Positions 25,765-37,994 of a stretch of 64,000 nucleotides of DNA are shown in pieces. Location: positions 14,114 to 78,113 of the forward strand of contig CDMY01000428.1 in the NCBI GenBank assembly GCA_001179505.1. The letters are read 5' to 3'. Within the stretch, counting starts at the first letter, position 1; every line of letters starts with the position of its first letter. Source of the stretch: Vitrella brassicaformis CCMP3155. Taxonomy: Eukaryota > Protista > Chromerida. The position numbers were made by a program, and so were the translations under genes. A model generated the notes under the pieces. It had not been told where the DNA came from and did no database searches. It saw only the letters and a program-made list of their open reading frames with translations.

Positions 25765-28391
25765 ATGTTCCAAAAGAAGAAGAGACGGTCGGCGAAGACC
25801 GCAGAAGCTGCAAAGAGAGAGGAGGGAGGAGAAGCTGTCGGCTCTCCGCCTGCTGAGAGGCCCAGCAGCGCTGACAAGGCCCTAGACAAGGCCCCGCCGG
25901 CTGCCCCGCCCAAGGAGGGGCATGATATCGCCCATGTGTCGATAGCAGCTGCGGCCGAGAAAACCGGCGTCTCGAGGAGGAGCCAGCAGTGCTTGGCCTG
26001 CACCCAACGGGAGAAGGAAAATGGTGAGCTCAAGAAGAAACTCGGGGCGCTGAGAGCATCGCTGGCTGACATGAGTGGCACTTTGGAGCGCTCCAAAGAC
26101 TACATCGGGAGGCTCGAGAAGCAGGCAGCGACGCTTAAGCGCCAAAGGGATGTGCTGCAAGCCGAGAATGAGCTGCTGTCCGACGAGACTGCGGAGTGAG
26201 CTCACACATGCACCAAGGATGCACAAATGCATGACCTGGTGCATGGCCTGCATTTGTGCATTTCCTTTGCAGCTTCTTGCCCCTGCCAGAGGCGCGAAAG
26301 GTTTGTTGGAAGACCCTGCAGAAAGGCCGCGCTTTGCAGCTCTTCGTCACGTTGCCCTGGAGGACGTCGGCTGGGAGGAGGCTATTGAGACAAGCCCTTG
26401 AGAAACTGAGGGCAAATCGTGACAGCAAGAGGACCGTCGTCGACAACCTCCTTGCCGCCACGACAGACCGGGAAAGGCCTGAACCGGGGCGGCTGGCCGA
26501 ACTAAGACAGGAGCAATTGCATATTGTGGGCGAGAACGCCCGACTCCTGGAGGAAGTCCAGTCACTTAAGGCAATGTTTGGCAGCAGACGGGCGGAAAGG
26601 TCTCTGCAGCTCCCGGGCCATCCTCTGCCAAGTGCTGGTGTGGTCGACCACCCCTTGCATGTGGAGTACGACTCGCGCATTGTTGACAGCGTGCTGGCGA
26701 GATTTGTCACCGTCTTTGCCTTCCAACAGAGAAGGCTCCTCTGGACTACATTCGCCAGGTGGGACACAGGACCAACCGATCCGATTTTCACACACGTCTC
26801 CTCTCCTCTTGATGTCGTTTGTCCAGGCTGCGGTTTCATGCGAGCCATTTGGTTGTGGATGCGGAAGAGGCTAGTGCTCAACGTGAGCTTTCACAGCTGT
26901 GCAGAGAGGCCGGGGAAGCCTATCGCATCCAAACGCTATTCCTCGTCCTCAAGTGGGCTGACAGGGACACGAGCCGGTCCAGTACAGTACGTGTCGCGGC
27001 ACTCGGATGGTGTAATGTGCGTCTCTCACCTTATCAGGTGTTTCTTGTCTCGGCGTGTGTGTCGCTCTTTCATGAAGCTCTATGCTGTGCATTCGGATTT
27101 CTGGGTGGAGACATTCCCATTCTGCCATGCCTGTCAAGCGGCACATCCCCCTGGTACGTTCAGAGACATCAATCGCTTTGCTGCCGAGGTGATCAGACGT
27201 GGCCAATGCATGTCTGTCAATGTATGTATCCATGCAGGAGCCCACAGCAAGTACCGCCGTCAGCAGTATATGGTGTCGAGAAGAACTGAGAGAGCAGTTG
27301 ATGGGGACGACTCCGCTCCGCCCCTCATGTCTTCATCCGATGCTCTCGCTGCAGCAGCAGCCGTACACGTTCCCCCTTATTTCGACTTCTTGCCCTCCAA
27401 CAAGTGGCGGCGCAAAACTTCATATAACCGTTTCGTGGTTTCAGGAAGCAACCTGTCGTTGCGAGTCCCCCCCGAGCCGCATGCCGAGAGAGAAGAGCAG
27501 ACTGACGAGCTGGAGTCTACCTCTCAGTTCCTGCCTGCCCCTGCTCACGAGGACGATCACACGGCTGCGACACCTCAGTTCCCCTCGCCAGTGAGCTTGG
27601 TATCTCGCCGTAAAGGGAGGAGGAGGTCAACTAGGTCACCATCGGGGCCCCGCCCTGCGTCAATCGAGGCCATGAGGCAAAGTTCAGCCCGCTCGTTTTG
27701 GCGCCCCCCCGAACCAGCCCCTCAGCAGCCACCATCGAAGAGCCACCCTGCAACTGGTCAGAAGTTGTCTTCAGTAACTTTCCTGCGTCTGCCAAGTACT
27801 GGCCAGCCAGAAGAGAGAAAAGCCCGCCCCTCTTGGCCAGAAGTCACTTATCCCACGCCCGTGTCCCAATTGCGAGAAGAGGCCAGAAGCGGAAGGGCAG
27901 GAGGGGACAGCGCCGGAGCCGGCAGCAGCAAGAGCAGCAGCGAGACTGGATCGGAGAGCGGGTCGCCGGCCGCCGGTACATCAGGGAGCGCTTCGTCAGC
28001 TCAGCCGCCCCCCACGTCCTGGTTCAACTGCTGCTCGTGGGGGGCGCCGCAGAGGGCCAGCTATGGGGGAGACACCGATGAAGAGCAGCCGGTTGCCGAT
28101 GGTGGTGATGGTGATGACTGCCCTCGTGGTGACTTGTGGCACGAGGAGGGCTCGGAGTCGGACGCAGACTGCTCTGCGAGTCAGCTTGATGATGAATTTG
28201 ATGTGGAGGATGGGGAGAAAGAGCCGGACAGCGCCTTCTCCAATGAATCTGTTTTGCTGGACGAAGGAAACGACGGAAGGTCAGGCAGGCAGGCAGACGC
28301 ACGCGAGCCAGGCACCGCTTTGAATGCCCGTTTCTGGATGCTGTCTGTGTGTTATACAGTATGGCTGCGCGAAAATCCGATGTTGATCTGA
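25765..28391 (+). CDS. Hypothetical protein: N-terminal coiled coil, Ser/Pro/acidic low-complexity C-terminus; end uncertain
   Basis: 144-aa coiled-coil first exon (ELKKKLGALRASLADM...LQAENELL), then long exons with few short introns (e.g. 26759-26826). No family recognised. Confidence 0.55.
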
Positions 28392-28711
28392 TGTTGAGTT
28401 GTGTAGACAAGGCATTATCAGACAGACAGCGGCAGGAGAGGAGGCTGTCAGTAAAGAGAGACAGGTGACGGCCGGCATCGTATGCAATGCGACATACATG
28501 TGCGAGTGGCTCTGATTCTGGCCGCGATCTTTGAGAAATGCATGAGTCCATTGATCACTGCAAATCGCCACGCTGGACGGTGGGATGGATCTGTAGGCTC
28601 ATGGTGATTCAGGAGCATCCAACTTGGCGAATCCTCTTGCGGGAGAAGGGGACTCTCTTTTGCGAGCTTGGCAACATTTGATTTTCGAGGAGCGGACATC
28701 TGAGAGGAAAG

Positions 28712-31700
28712 ATGTCGAGTGAGCCGTGGCAGGAGTATGAGCTTCGCCATAACAAGTACAAGAAGCGGCAAAGGGCCAAGAAGGCCGCCGAGGGCTTGGG
28801 CAGCGACTCCACCTCCACATCCCCGTCCAACCACGCACACCCACCACCTCCCGCAGCCGCCATCGGCCCTTCAGTCACTGTGAACCTCCCCACTAGGCCA
28901 CCGCCTGCCGACCAAAACGTCAACAACGATGCCAGCAGCAAAGGAGACCCTCACATAACAGCTCAGGTGCGTATGCAGCACACTGGAAGCGGTTGTGCCA
29001 CAAACAGAACAGACGCGACGCGACACCCCATTGTATTTGTGCATCCTATATATCCCCCCTTCAGGCGCAGTCGGTGCGTGCCGACCCGGAGAGAGAGGAG
29101 GCGAGCCCTGCCGCGCCGCGGGAGGTCAACCCCCAGGCGCCGGCCAGTGCGAGCCATGACGTGACCAACGGGACGGACGAGAGGCAGCCTGAGTCGGAAA
29201 GAGATATCGGCAACGGTGACCGCCGACCAATCTGGGAACGGATGCGGCTGCCCGTGCGGGCAGGGTGGGGAGCAGGGGGGAAGGCGCAGGTGCGGTGCAC
29301 ACACATGTAGGGTGTGGTGGCGTCATCGTTTGGGTATCATCCACTCGCTCTGTGTGTCTGGTGTTTGCTTCGTTTTGTGTCTGTCTGTTATCAGGGGCCG
29401 GCGCCTGCAGATCCGCTCGACGGTGATGAGGTCTGGAGCAAAGACGGGGCCCTCAAGAAGTAAGGCGGCGAGACCGACTTAGAGACGCACGTGACATCCG
29501 ATGTGATGTGCACTCTTGCCGCATCGGTTTCAGGGAGATCTACCTCCCCGCCGCGACTGTCGGCATGGCTGTCGGCAAACAAGGCAACAACCTACATCGG
29601 TACCCAACACACACAGCATACACACCATCCACAAACGCATCATCAGAGAATGGGCTGATTCGCTTGCAGCATCCAGGCCGAGAAGATCGTAACAGTGCTG
29701 GTGGGGCAGGATGCCTCGCACAAGTCGCGGACGGTGCTATCGCAGGGCCGCAGGGAGGTGTTGCGGGCGGCTTCCGACGCCGATCGGCAGGATCTGGTGC
29801 GCAAGCAGAGGGAGGAGTCGTCACGGCCCGTACGGGTCGTCATCAGGGGATTCACCGAAGAAACGGTGAGTGAGTGAGCGAACGAACGTAAACCTCTGTT
29901 GCACTCTCTCTGTGTGTCCTTCCTTGTGTGTGTGTGTGTGTGTGTGAGTGGCAGGTGGAGGATGCTGCAGACGCATTGGACATGGTCGTGACGCACCGAG
30001 AGATACCCAAGAAGATGGTATGTGCACGCGTGTGCACACACGCGTACACACACATTCCCGCGCCCATCTGTCTGTCTGTCTGTTCTCAGGTTGGTTGGAC
30101 GTTGGGCAAGAAGCACGAGAACATCCGCGAGATCGCGACCCTCTCCTCGGCCATTCTTGATGTGTATGACTACCCCCTCGTCGACACATCACTCGCCAAC
30201 ACCAACACACACACCAACAACTCGCACACCGACAAGACAGCTGACGACCCACATGTGGCCAAGGAGGTCCCGAAGGTGACCAGCAAGGAGAGCGATGGGC
30301 AGGGGGAGAGGGAGAGGCATGTAGAGAGCGACGCGCCCAACTGCCCGGACGGTGAGGTGTCTGGCGGCGAGCATGACAACGAGGGAGGCCACGAAGAGCA
30401 CGGCGAAGAGCCGGGGTTGCTCATTGAAATAAAGGGTACCACGCGGGCGGGCATACAAGGAAGGAGGTAGTGAGCCGCGGCATTCTCTCTCTGTGCATCC
30501 TTCCTTCCTTGTGTGTGTGTCTGAAGGTCCTCGCCACGCGGTTGAGAGCGCCGAGATGCTCATCGACGTGCATCAGATGTACTTTGACGTGTTTGAGGAG
30601 ATGCGCAAGATCGACCAGGACCTGAAGGACCAGATAGAAGAATCAAACAAAGTGAGTGAGTGAGTCCAACAACGCACCGCACCAATCCCGCGGGCGCATT
30701 GTGGGTTGATTGGATTGCTGTCTGTCCTTTGTCTTTTCCTCAGTATATTGGCATAGGCAACGCCAACAACACCAGCAGTGGCACCACCAACGGCCAGCCC
30801 CGCCACCCCAATCACCACCCCTCTCCCCGGCCCCCTCCCCCGCCNNNNNNNNNNNNNNNNNNNNNNNNNNNNNNNNNNNNNNNNNNNNNNNNNNNNNNNN
30901 NNNNNNNNNNNNNNNNNNNNNNNNNNNNNNNNNNNNNNNNNNNNNNNNNNNNNNNNNNNNNNNNNNNNNNNNNNNNNNNNNNNNNNNNNNNNNNNNNNNN
31001 NNNNNNNNNNNNNNNNNNNNNNNNNNNNNNNNNNNNNNNNNNNNNNNNNNNNNNNNNNNNNNNNNNNNNNNNNNNNNNNNNNNNNNNNNNNNNNNNNNNN
31101 NNNNNNNNNNNNNNNNNNNNNNNNNNNNNNNNNNNNNNNNNNNNCCCACCCCTCTTACCCCCACCCCCGCCCACACGCACACGCACCACCAGCGGTGCCG
31201 CAGTCATTCTCCCAAACAAGGCCCCTGCCCCCCTCAATGCCACTCGCAAACCGACCGCAAAACGCACACACGACTGCCCGGCCGCCAAACCCACAAGGGG
31301 GGCAGCCCAGCTATGTCCCGTCAAGCCACCGGACCAATAAGGGGACTGCCTTCGTGCCGACTGCCGGGCGAAGGGGGAATGACCAGAAGACCAAGGCGAA
31401 AGAAGGCGCCGAAAACGACCATGGTGGTGCGGCAGCTGGCAGCACGCTGCACGGGGAGCAGCAGGAGAAGCACCATTCGGCCCCGGGCAGTCGAGGCAAC
31501 TCACGGCCGCCATCGGCCGGCGGGGGCAGTGGCAGTGGTAGCGGCGGGCGGCCTCAGGCCAAGTCCTACTACCCCAAAGCCACCGTGTATCAGCCGAAAC
31601 AACAACAGCAGCAGCAGCAGCACACCAACGGCAATGGTAACAGCAGCAAGCCAGATCCGCCTGCGAGCCACCACAGCGGCCAGCAACAGCACCAACAGCA

Positions 31701-31860
31701 GCAGCAGCAGAAGCAGCACAAGCAGACACAAGTCTATGTGCCTGTCAAGAGAGCCACCGGTGGCACGGAGGGCGGGGTGGGCGAGAAAAGGAAGATGGAG
31801 CACGATGGCGAGGGACCCAGGGACGGGGAGGGGGCGGAGAAGGGGGCTGGTGGGGAGTGA
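28712..31860 (+). CDS. Tandem KH-domain RNA-binding protein resembling the FMRP/FXR KH1-KH2-helix core; spans a gap
   Basis: KH1 EIYLPAATVGMAVGKQGNNLHRIQ (GxxG); KH2 REIPKKMVGWTLGKKHENIREI; then IEIKGPRHAVESAEMLIDVHQMYFDVFEEMRKIDQDLKDQI. The C-terminus is G/R/Q-rich and ends at TGA 31860. Confidence 0.75.
30845..31144. other. Assembly gap (300 N)
   Basis: Run of N flanked by C-rich sequence. Confidence 1.
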
Positions 31861-33056
31861 TGCATGGTTGTATTGCTGCCGGCCGTGACAGACAGCTGCT
31901 GTTGTTGGGCTCGGTCTTTAAGGGCAGGAGTCTTACTCCTGCCTGAATTCTCGCTGCCTTACCTTGCTTGCCGGATCCGCCTGTCCGTTTTGTTGGCTGT
32001 TTGTTGCGCGATGCATATGCATGCATACGTGTGTGTGTGGTGTGGTAAACGCAATTCATGCATATCTGCAGATGGGTGGGTGGGTGGGTGGACTGATTGC
32101 TGATGGATTTTCGTCTATCTGCCTCCCTCGCTCGCCTCATGGGCGGTGGGTGATGTGCGGTGATGTGACAGCAAATTGCTGTTGGCAATGAATCAAGGAA
32201 GCTTGGACGGACGGCTCTTGTTGTGTTGACCGGGAAAGACATGTATGCGACGTCTGTCTCTTTTCTCCCCCCTCCCTCCCCACAGCACACAGCACACACG
32301 CTTAAAACCCCCCAAGCTCACACACCACCCTCATCCACAGGCAGTGAAGACAGACAGACAGACAGAGAGGCCACATATCCTTCGGATCTCTCCCACTCCC
32401 TCACAGGCAGGCAGCTGGCTACGAGTCAGTAGAGACGAGACGTGCGTGTCGCACCCACCCACAAACCGATATCACAGAGATGGATGGATGGATGCAGTGC
32501 ACGAGGGGCCCCCGCCCGCTCGCCTCGTCTGACACATCCATCCATCAACAGAACATTATGTATGCAGCACTTGACTTATACCACACCACAGCACAAAAAG
32601 GGATCGAGCTAGCAGCCAGCAACACGACACAAGTGTTGCTTGCTTGAGTGCTGCAGCCATCCATCCATCCATCAGGCACACGCATTTATCGCTAGATAGA
32701 TACACGCATCCACAATGCAGGCAGACACGCACGCTCACAAAGGTGCTCACGAGAGTCATCACATACGTTGGTACGCAGAGGTCGGCGACGACAGCCTGTA
32801 TGCAATCCAATCCATACACATGCTCCGTCCGTCCGGTGGTCACGACGGGCAAAAAGAACCGCCGCTGACCAGCCGGACGGACAGGGGCACACAACACACA
32901 ACACACAACACACAAGGCCAACGAACGAGCGGACGGACGGACGGACGAATGCCTGCAGTGCAATTGATGCCTCCCTCACGCGATGGATAAAGCCATACAG
33001 CCCACCCCTTTGCCGGCCCGCAAAAGGAATCTCTCTCTTTCCGCCATTCATGCCAG

Positions 33057-33170
33057 TCAGACGTCGATCTTCTGGTTGCCTGCAGTGGGAGTGTAGTCGA
33101 CCGTGGGCGACGTGCCGCCAGATATCCAGTTGCCCGACTCGTGCTGCGTCGTGAGTGGGTGGACCACACA

Positions 33171-33208
<38 letters not shown>

Positions 33209-36200
33209 ATGCGTACACAACACAAACACACTTCAACCGCGGCTGGCTTGGCTTACTTCGACGATCTTGCGGACTGGCGACGCGACCTCCATCATGTGTT
33301 TCTCGTGCTCAATCCGCGCTGACCTGCACCCAAAAACGTACAAACAAAGGCCATCAATGAATGCAGCACAGCACCGATGGACGCCTGTCTGCCCTGTCTG
33401 CTCGACTGACTGACCTTCCGGCCTGCAGGCCGCGGTAGAGCTCCCAGAGGGGCATGAACACGATGACCACGGCGGCGATGGTCGACCACGCCATCGCCAC
33501 ACCCACCCACGCGCTGAACTGGCCGAACGAGAACACACCGCCGATGAAATGCATCGGAAGCGGCCACAGAATCACTGACACACACACACCAAGTGAGGTC
33601 GGCACCATGAACAGAGAAGGGTGGCGCCATGTGTGATGTGTTTGTTTGGTGTTGTGTGTCACCCACCGAGAACGATCGTCATGCCCACAGCGGCGATGAG
33701 GGACCAGATATACCACCTGTAAAGGTTCTCGGGCGTCTCTGAGGGATCCTTGGGCGGCTCGACGTCGTCCACAAGGGGAATCTTCTCGTTCAGCATCTCC
33801 CACTGGAAGTGTCGGTCAGGAAAGAAGAAGCTCCCGACCACACAGATGACCAGCGACACGCAAATGGAAGCCAGATTGCCCGCGATGAAGGGAAAATCTG
33901 CATATATCAAGTCCAATCAATGCGCCACGCAGTACAGATACCCATCCGTGGTGGTGCTTACCCTGGTTAGTGGTTGCCAGCGAGACCTCGCCGTACTGAA
34001 GACCCGTCTGGCCGAACCATGCCGCGAGGCCGCAGACGAGGCCAGCGAGGGCGGCGAAGGTGCAGACCTTCCCGTTGGCCCTGCGGCTGAGGATGCACAT
34101 GGCCGATGGCGCCACTGCTGACCCGATGAAGACGCCCATCGCCATGTACACATACCCTACACGACACGAGCGCACGAAGGAAGGAACAAGAGGGAGGCAG
34201 CGGGAGGGAGGCAGCATGAGGCGGACAGCGTGTGGTGTGGTGTGGGTGGTGTCTCATCATATCAATGAATGCTAGTGTGTGCCTACCGAGGCTGAGATTC
34301 ATTACTTGCAGCATGACGGCAAGGAAGCCCATGAAGATGGCGAACATGACGGTGAAAAACTTGGACACGCGCAGGAGAATGTGGCCCTCCTTGTCCTCAG
34401 TCGCCACTGAATGAACCAGTCACCAAACACACACACACACACACACATCCACCCACAAGCGCCCTTCCCCAGCCAGCCACCACCCTCCCTACCTCTCCTG
34501 TTGATCTGGTGGTAGACGTCCTTGACCAGAGCGCCGTCCATGCTCTCGTCGTACTCGAGGACATAGGCCACGAGGTCCTCGAGATCCTGCTCGGTCAGCT
34601 GGTCGTCCAGCACTTTGATGTCCTGCATCCGCGCTATCAGGTTCGTCACCTGCGTCCTGTTGAGCCGCTGCTCGTTGAGCGACACGATTCGCTGACGCAC
34701 TGACTGCTCGTCCATCTCGTCTAGCTTCTCGGCCGTCTTCTCGTCCTCATCCGCCAGCACCCTCGCCACCTCCTTGTAGCTGCACACACGTAGAAAAGAC
34801 AGGCAGGGGCAGACAGATAGCCATAAGAGGGTCTCTCTCTCCCTCCCCCTCCCCGTGTTGGTGGCTTACAACTTCATGCGCCTCTGGGTGCGGCGGTACT
34901 TGAGCTCGGGGTTGATGTACTGCCAGTAGAGGTCATAGGTCAGGATGGACGAAACTGCGATCAGCTCGGCCGACCCCGTCGACGTGATGGCCATGAACAG
35001 CATAAGCAGCAACACAAACGCCCCGCCAGAGCCGAGCGAGGCTGTCAGCACGCGGGCGGGGACCAAGCCTGCCCCTGCGGCCTCCGCACTTATGAAGTCC
35101 CAGCCCCATTCGGTGGCTATGGCGCGGCCGGCGAGACCCATGGTGGTGGCCATGCCGAACGGAACGGCGAACCACACGAGTCCCCCAATGAGGAATCCCG
35201 GAACGGTGGCCTTTGGCTTGGCGGCGATGGCTGACTGCCAGTAGGACTGGTCCACGAAGACAGTGCCGAAATTACCGACGATGTTCACAACACCGAAGAT
35301 GATCCCAGTCGTCGACGACATGGTCAGGAACGAACTCACGCACTGCACACACACACACACACACACATGCACGTGGGTGTTCCTCGCCTTCTAAGGCTTG
35401 CTTCAGTCACTCACCGTCTCCCCGTCGCTGCAGTCCCCGGCAAACTGCTGTGTTTGCCCGCCGACGGGGAACTTGACACAGCCGGGCCCGGTGGTGCATT
35501 CATCTACCTCGCGGTAGCTGCATGTGGTGCCCTCGATCAGTGTCTGGTCGCTCGTGTAGCACTGGCCGTCGTTGCCGACCATCCCGTTGATGAAGGGGTG
35601 CTCATTGAGGCCGGTGGTCGGGTCGTTGCTGTTGAAGAAGGCGTGCTCGGCGTTTTGCTGCAATTGTGCAGAGGGGGGAAGGCACACACACAGGCAGAGA
35701 TGGAGCGAGTGTTTCTGCCGCTGCTGCTCCTCCTCCTCCTGCGGATCTCACCGTAAGGCTGTTGAAGACGTTCTCGATCGATCCATACGCCCCGTCGCCG
35801 CCCGACGTGTAGATGGTGTAGGTGAAGATCAGCAGCACCACGAAGATGATGGTCGTGTGGATGTAAGACGCGAAGAAGGTCGCGCGAAGACCACCCCTGC
35901 ACCACACCCACAAGCAAACCAACGATCCATCGTCACTCAGTCAGGCGAACACAGGCTCTTTTCTGATGGATGAAATGAATGTGCCCCCACTTGAGCGTGT
36001 AGATGAGGCACGACAGTAGAGGCACCAAGAAGGCCGCGAACTCCTTCCGCATGCCCGTGAGGTCCTCAATGACTGCGGACCCTCCCAGCAGGAGCATCGC
36101 CGTCACGATGCAGTTGGCCAGCAGCGCGAAGACGAGAAAGACGATATGTGCGGTCGTCCCCCACCGCGCCCTGATGACCTCCAGGAAGGTGTGCATGTGG

Positions 36201-36974
36201 GAGCACCGCCGCTTGACTTGGATGGCAAGGATGGCGAACAAGAGGATCTGGATGGTGGCGCCCGACGCGTACCAGAAGGGGCCACTGACGCCAACCCGCC
36301 ATCCCATGTTGGACGACTGCAGTCACCGCACCCAGCCCAACGCACAGACAGACAGACAGACAGACAGACAGAAGATTCTTCGTCATCGGTTTGAAGCTCA
36401 TGCGGGCGGGAATCATCATTCAGGACTGACTCCCTCTCTGGCTGGCCGACCTGCAGGAGTGTGGCTGCCCAGGTCCACTGCGAGACGATGACGGCCGCCG
36501 TCAGCCCCGCACCCACATTGCGGCCGGCGGTGTTGAAGTGCTCCGACGTCATCTTGGTGCCAACCACCTTCTCCTCATAGTTCTGTGTGTGACACACACA
36601 CAGAGAGTGTCACAAAATTCACACGCACACATCACATAACTGAGGTGAGTGCACTCAATGGCAGATGTGCGCGTGGATCTCACCTGCAGCCACATGGTGA
36701 TCAGCGTGAAGACGAGACCGAACCCAATGACGACCAGCCATCCGACATACTGCAGGCAGGCATCGACAACACACATTTGATTGGCACACAAGGTGCGGTA
36801 ATCCCATACAAAGTGGTGCATGCACTCATAGATCTGCCCGTGTTGGTCGCCATGTGGAGGTACCTCGTCCAACGGCGGCCCGTCTTGTGTCGCCTGTGCA
36901 TTGCCAATCACAAGGCAACTCAAGAAGCATGTGAAGAGCAGCGAGAGGCCTCGCCAGTCAGGGGAATACGCCAT
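33057..36974 (-). CDS. DUR3: Urea active transporter, DUR3 family (sodium:solute symporter superfamily)
   Basis: [32 protein letters not shown]; [20 protein letters not shown]; [12 protein letters not shown]; [19 protein letters not shown]; [10 protein letters not shown]; [23 protein letters not shown]; [11 protein letters not shown]. The last exon ends ...NQKIDV* at 33057. Confidence 0.95.
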
Positions 36975-37100
36975 GATGATATCGCCGGCCTGGCCTCTGG
37001 TTGGCTGGTCGGTTGGTTACGGAAACGGGCCCTGGGAATGCCCACGCCCTCTCTGGCTCCGGGAATGAAAATAAATCCTTGCGATTGCCGTCTCTTGAAC

Positions 37101-37112
37101 TGAACCAATCAG
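37101..37112 (+). promoter_or_regulatory. CCAAT box (AACCAATCAG) in the DUR3/psbU divergent intergenic region
   Basis: Matches the NF-Y-type consensus RRCCAATCAG about 105 nt upstream of the psbU ATG. Function inferred only. Confidence 0.35.
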
Positions 37113-37212
37113 CGAGCGCGAGCTTTCTCCGATCGCGCTGGCAGTATTCGCGTCTTTCAGCACCAGCGGCACCTCCCCTGATTTCATTCTCCTCCTCGTT
37201 CACTCACTGACA

Positions 37213-37994
37213 ATGAAGGCCGTCATTGCCCTCGCCCTCAGCTTCGCTCTGTGCGCAGAGGCGTACGTCCTCCCTGCTCAGAGGCCCACCAGCCTCAGGC
37301 GTCAGGGCGCCACCAGCCTCAGGATGATGGCCGAGGATGGAGAGGTCAGAAACCAGAAGTGTCGACTTGCTGCGCCGAAGGTAGATCTGCGGATCTGTCT
37401 TGCACATTGTCACCAGGTGTCCCGCCGCAACGCGCTGATGTCGATAGCGTCCCTTCCCCTGGCTGCCGCCCTCTTCGCCACACCTTTCGCGGCAGAGGCC
37501 GTCCGGGACTACGATGGCGTCGGCTACCTAGGTGGGCACACATCAACGAACGACTGACACTTACAGAGGCCCTGTGATGACGACCTATGCTTGCGCGTCT
37601 GTGCATGTTTGCCATATGCAGGCGGCGCTGAGAAGATTGATCTGAACAACGCCAATGTGCGTGTGTACCAGAGGTTGCCGGGCATGTACCCCACCCTGGG
37701 CGCCAAGCTGGCCAAGAACGGCCCCTACCAGAACGTCAAGGACGTCTACAGCATCAAGGGACTCTCAGGTCAGTCAGCAGCTGGGTTGGTCAAGCACCAG
37801 GTCTCATCTCACAAAGGAGGAGGCTGTCACCTCACCGGCTGTTTGTGTGCTGTCTGTCTGCGTGTGGTGTGTGCGCATGGCATGATGCAGAGCGGGAGAA
37901 GGAGCTTTTGAAGAAGTACGAGAGCGACTTCGTGGTGCTCCAGCCCCGCGAGGAGTACACTGTGGACAAATTCAACAACGGTCTCTACCGATAG
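37213..37994 (+). CDS. psbU: Photosystem II 12 kDa extrinsic protein PsbU, nuclear-encoded; exons 37213-37344, 37417-37531, 37622-37768, 37891-37994
   Basis: Mature region KIDLNNANVRVYQRLPGMYPTLGAKLAKNGPYQNVKDVYSIKGLSEREKELLKKYESDFVV...KFNNGLYR*. Presequence: signal peptide (MKAVIALALSFALCAEA-Y), S/R-rich transit peptide, twin-Arg SRRNAL plus hydrophobic stretch and AEA cleavage site. Confidence 0.96.

Noticed and set aside
31864-33050. ORFs between the KH gene and DUR3
   Set aside because: Repeat-derived low-complexity translations, consistent with UTR or intergenic DNA.
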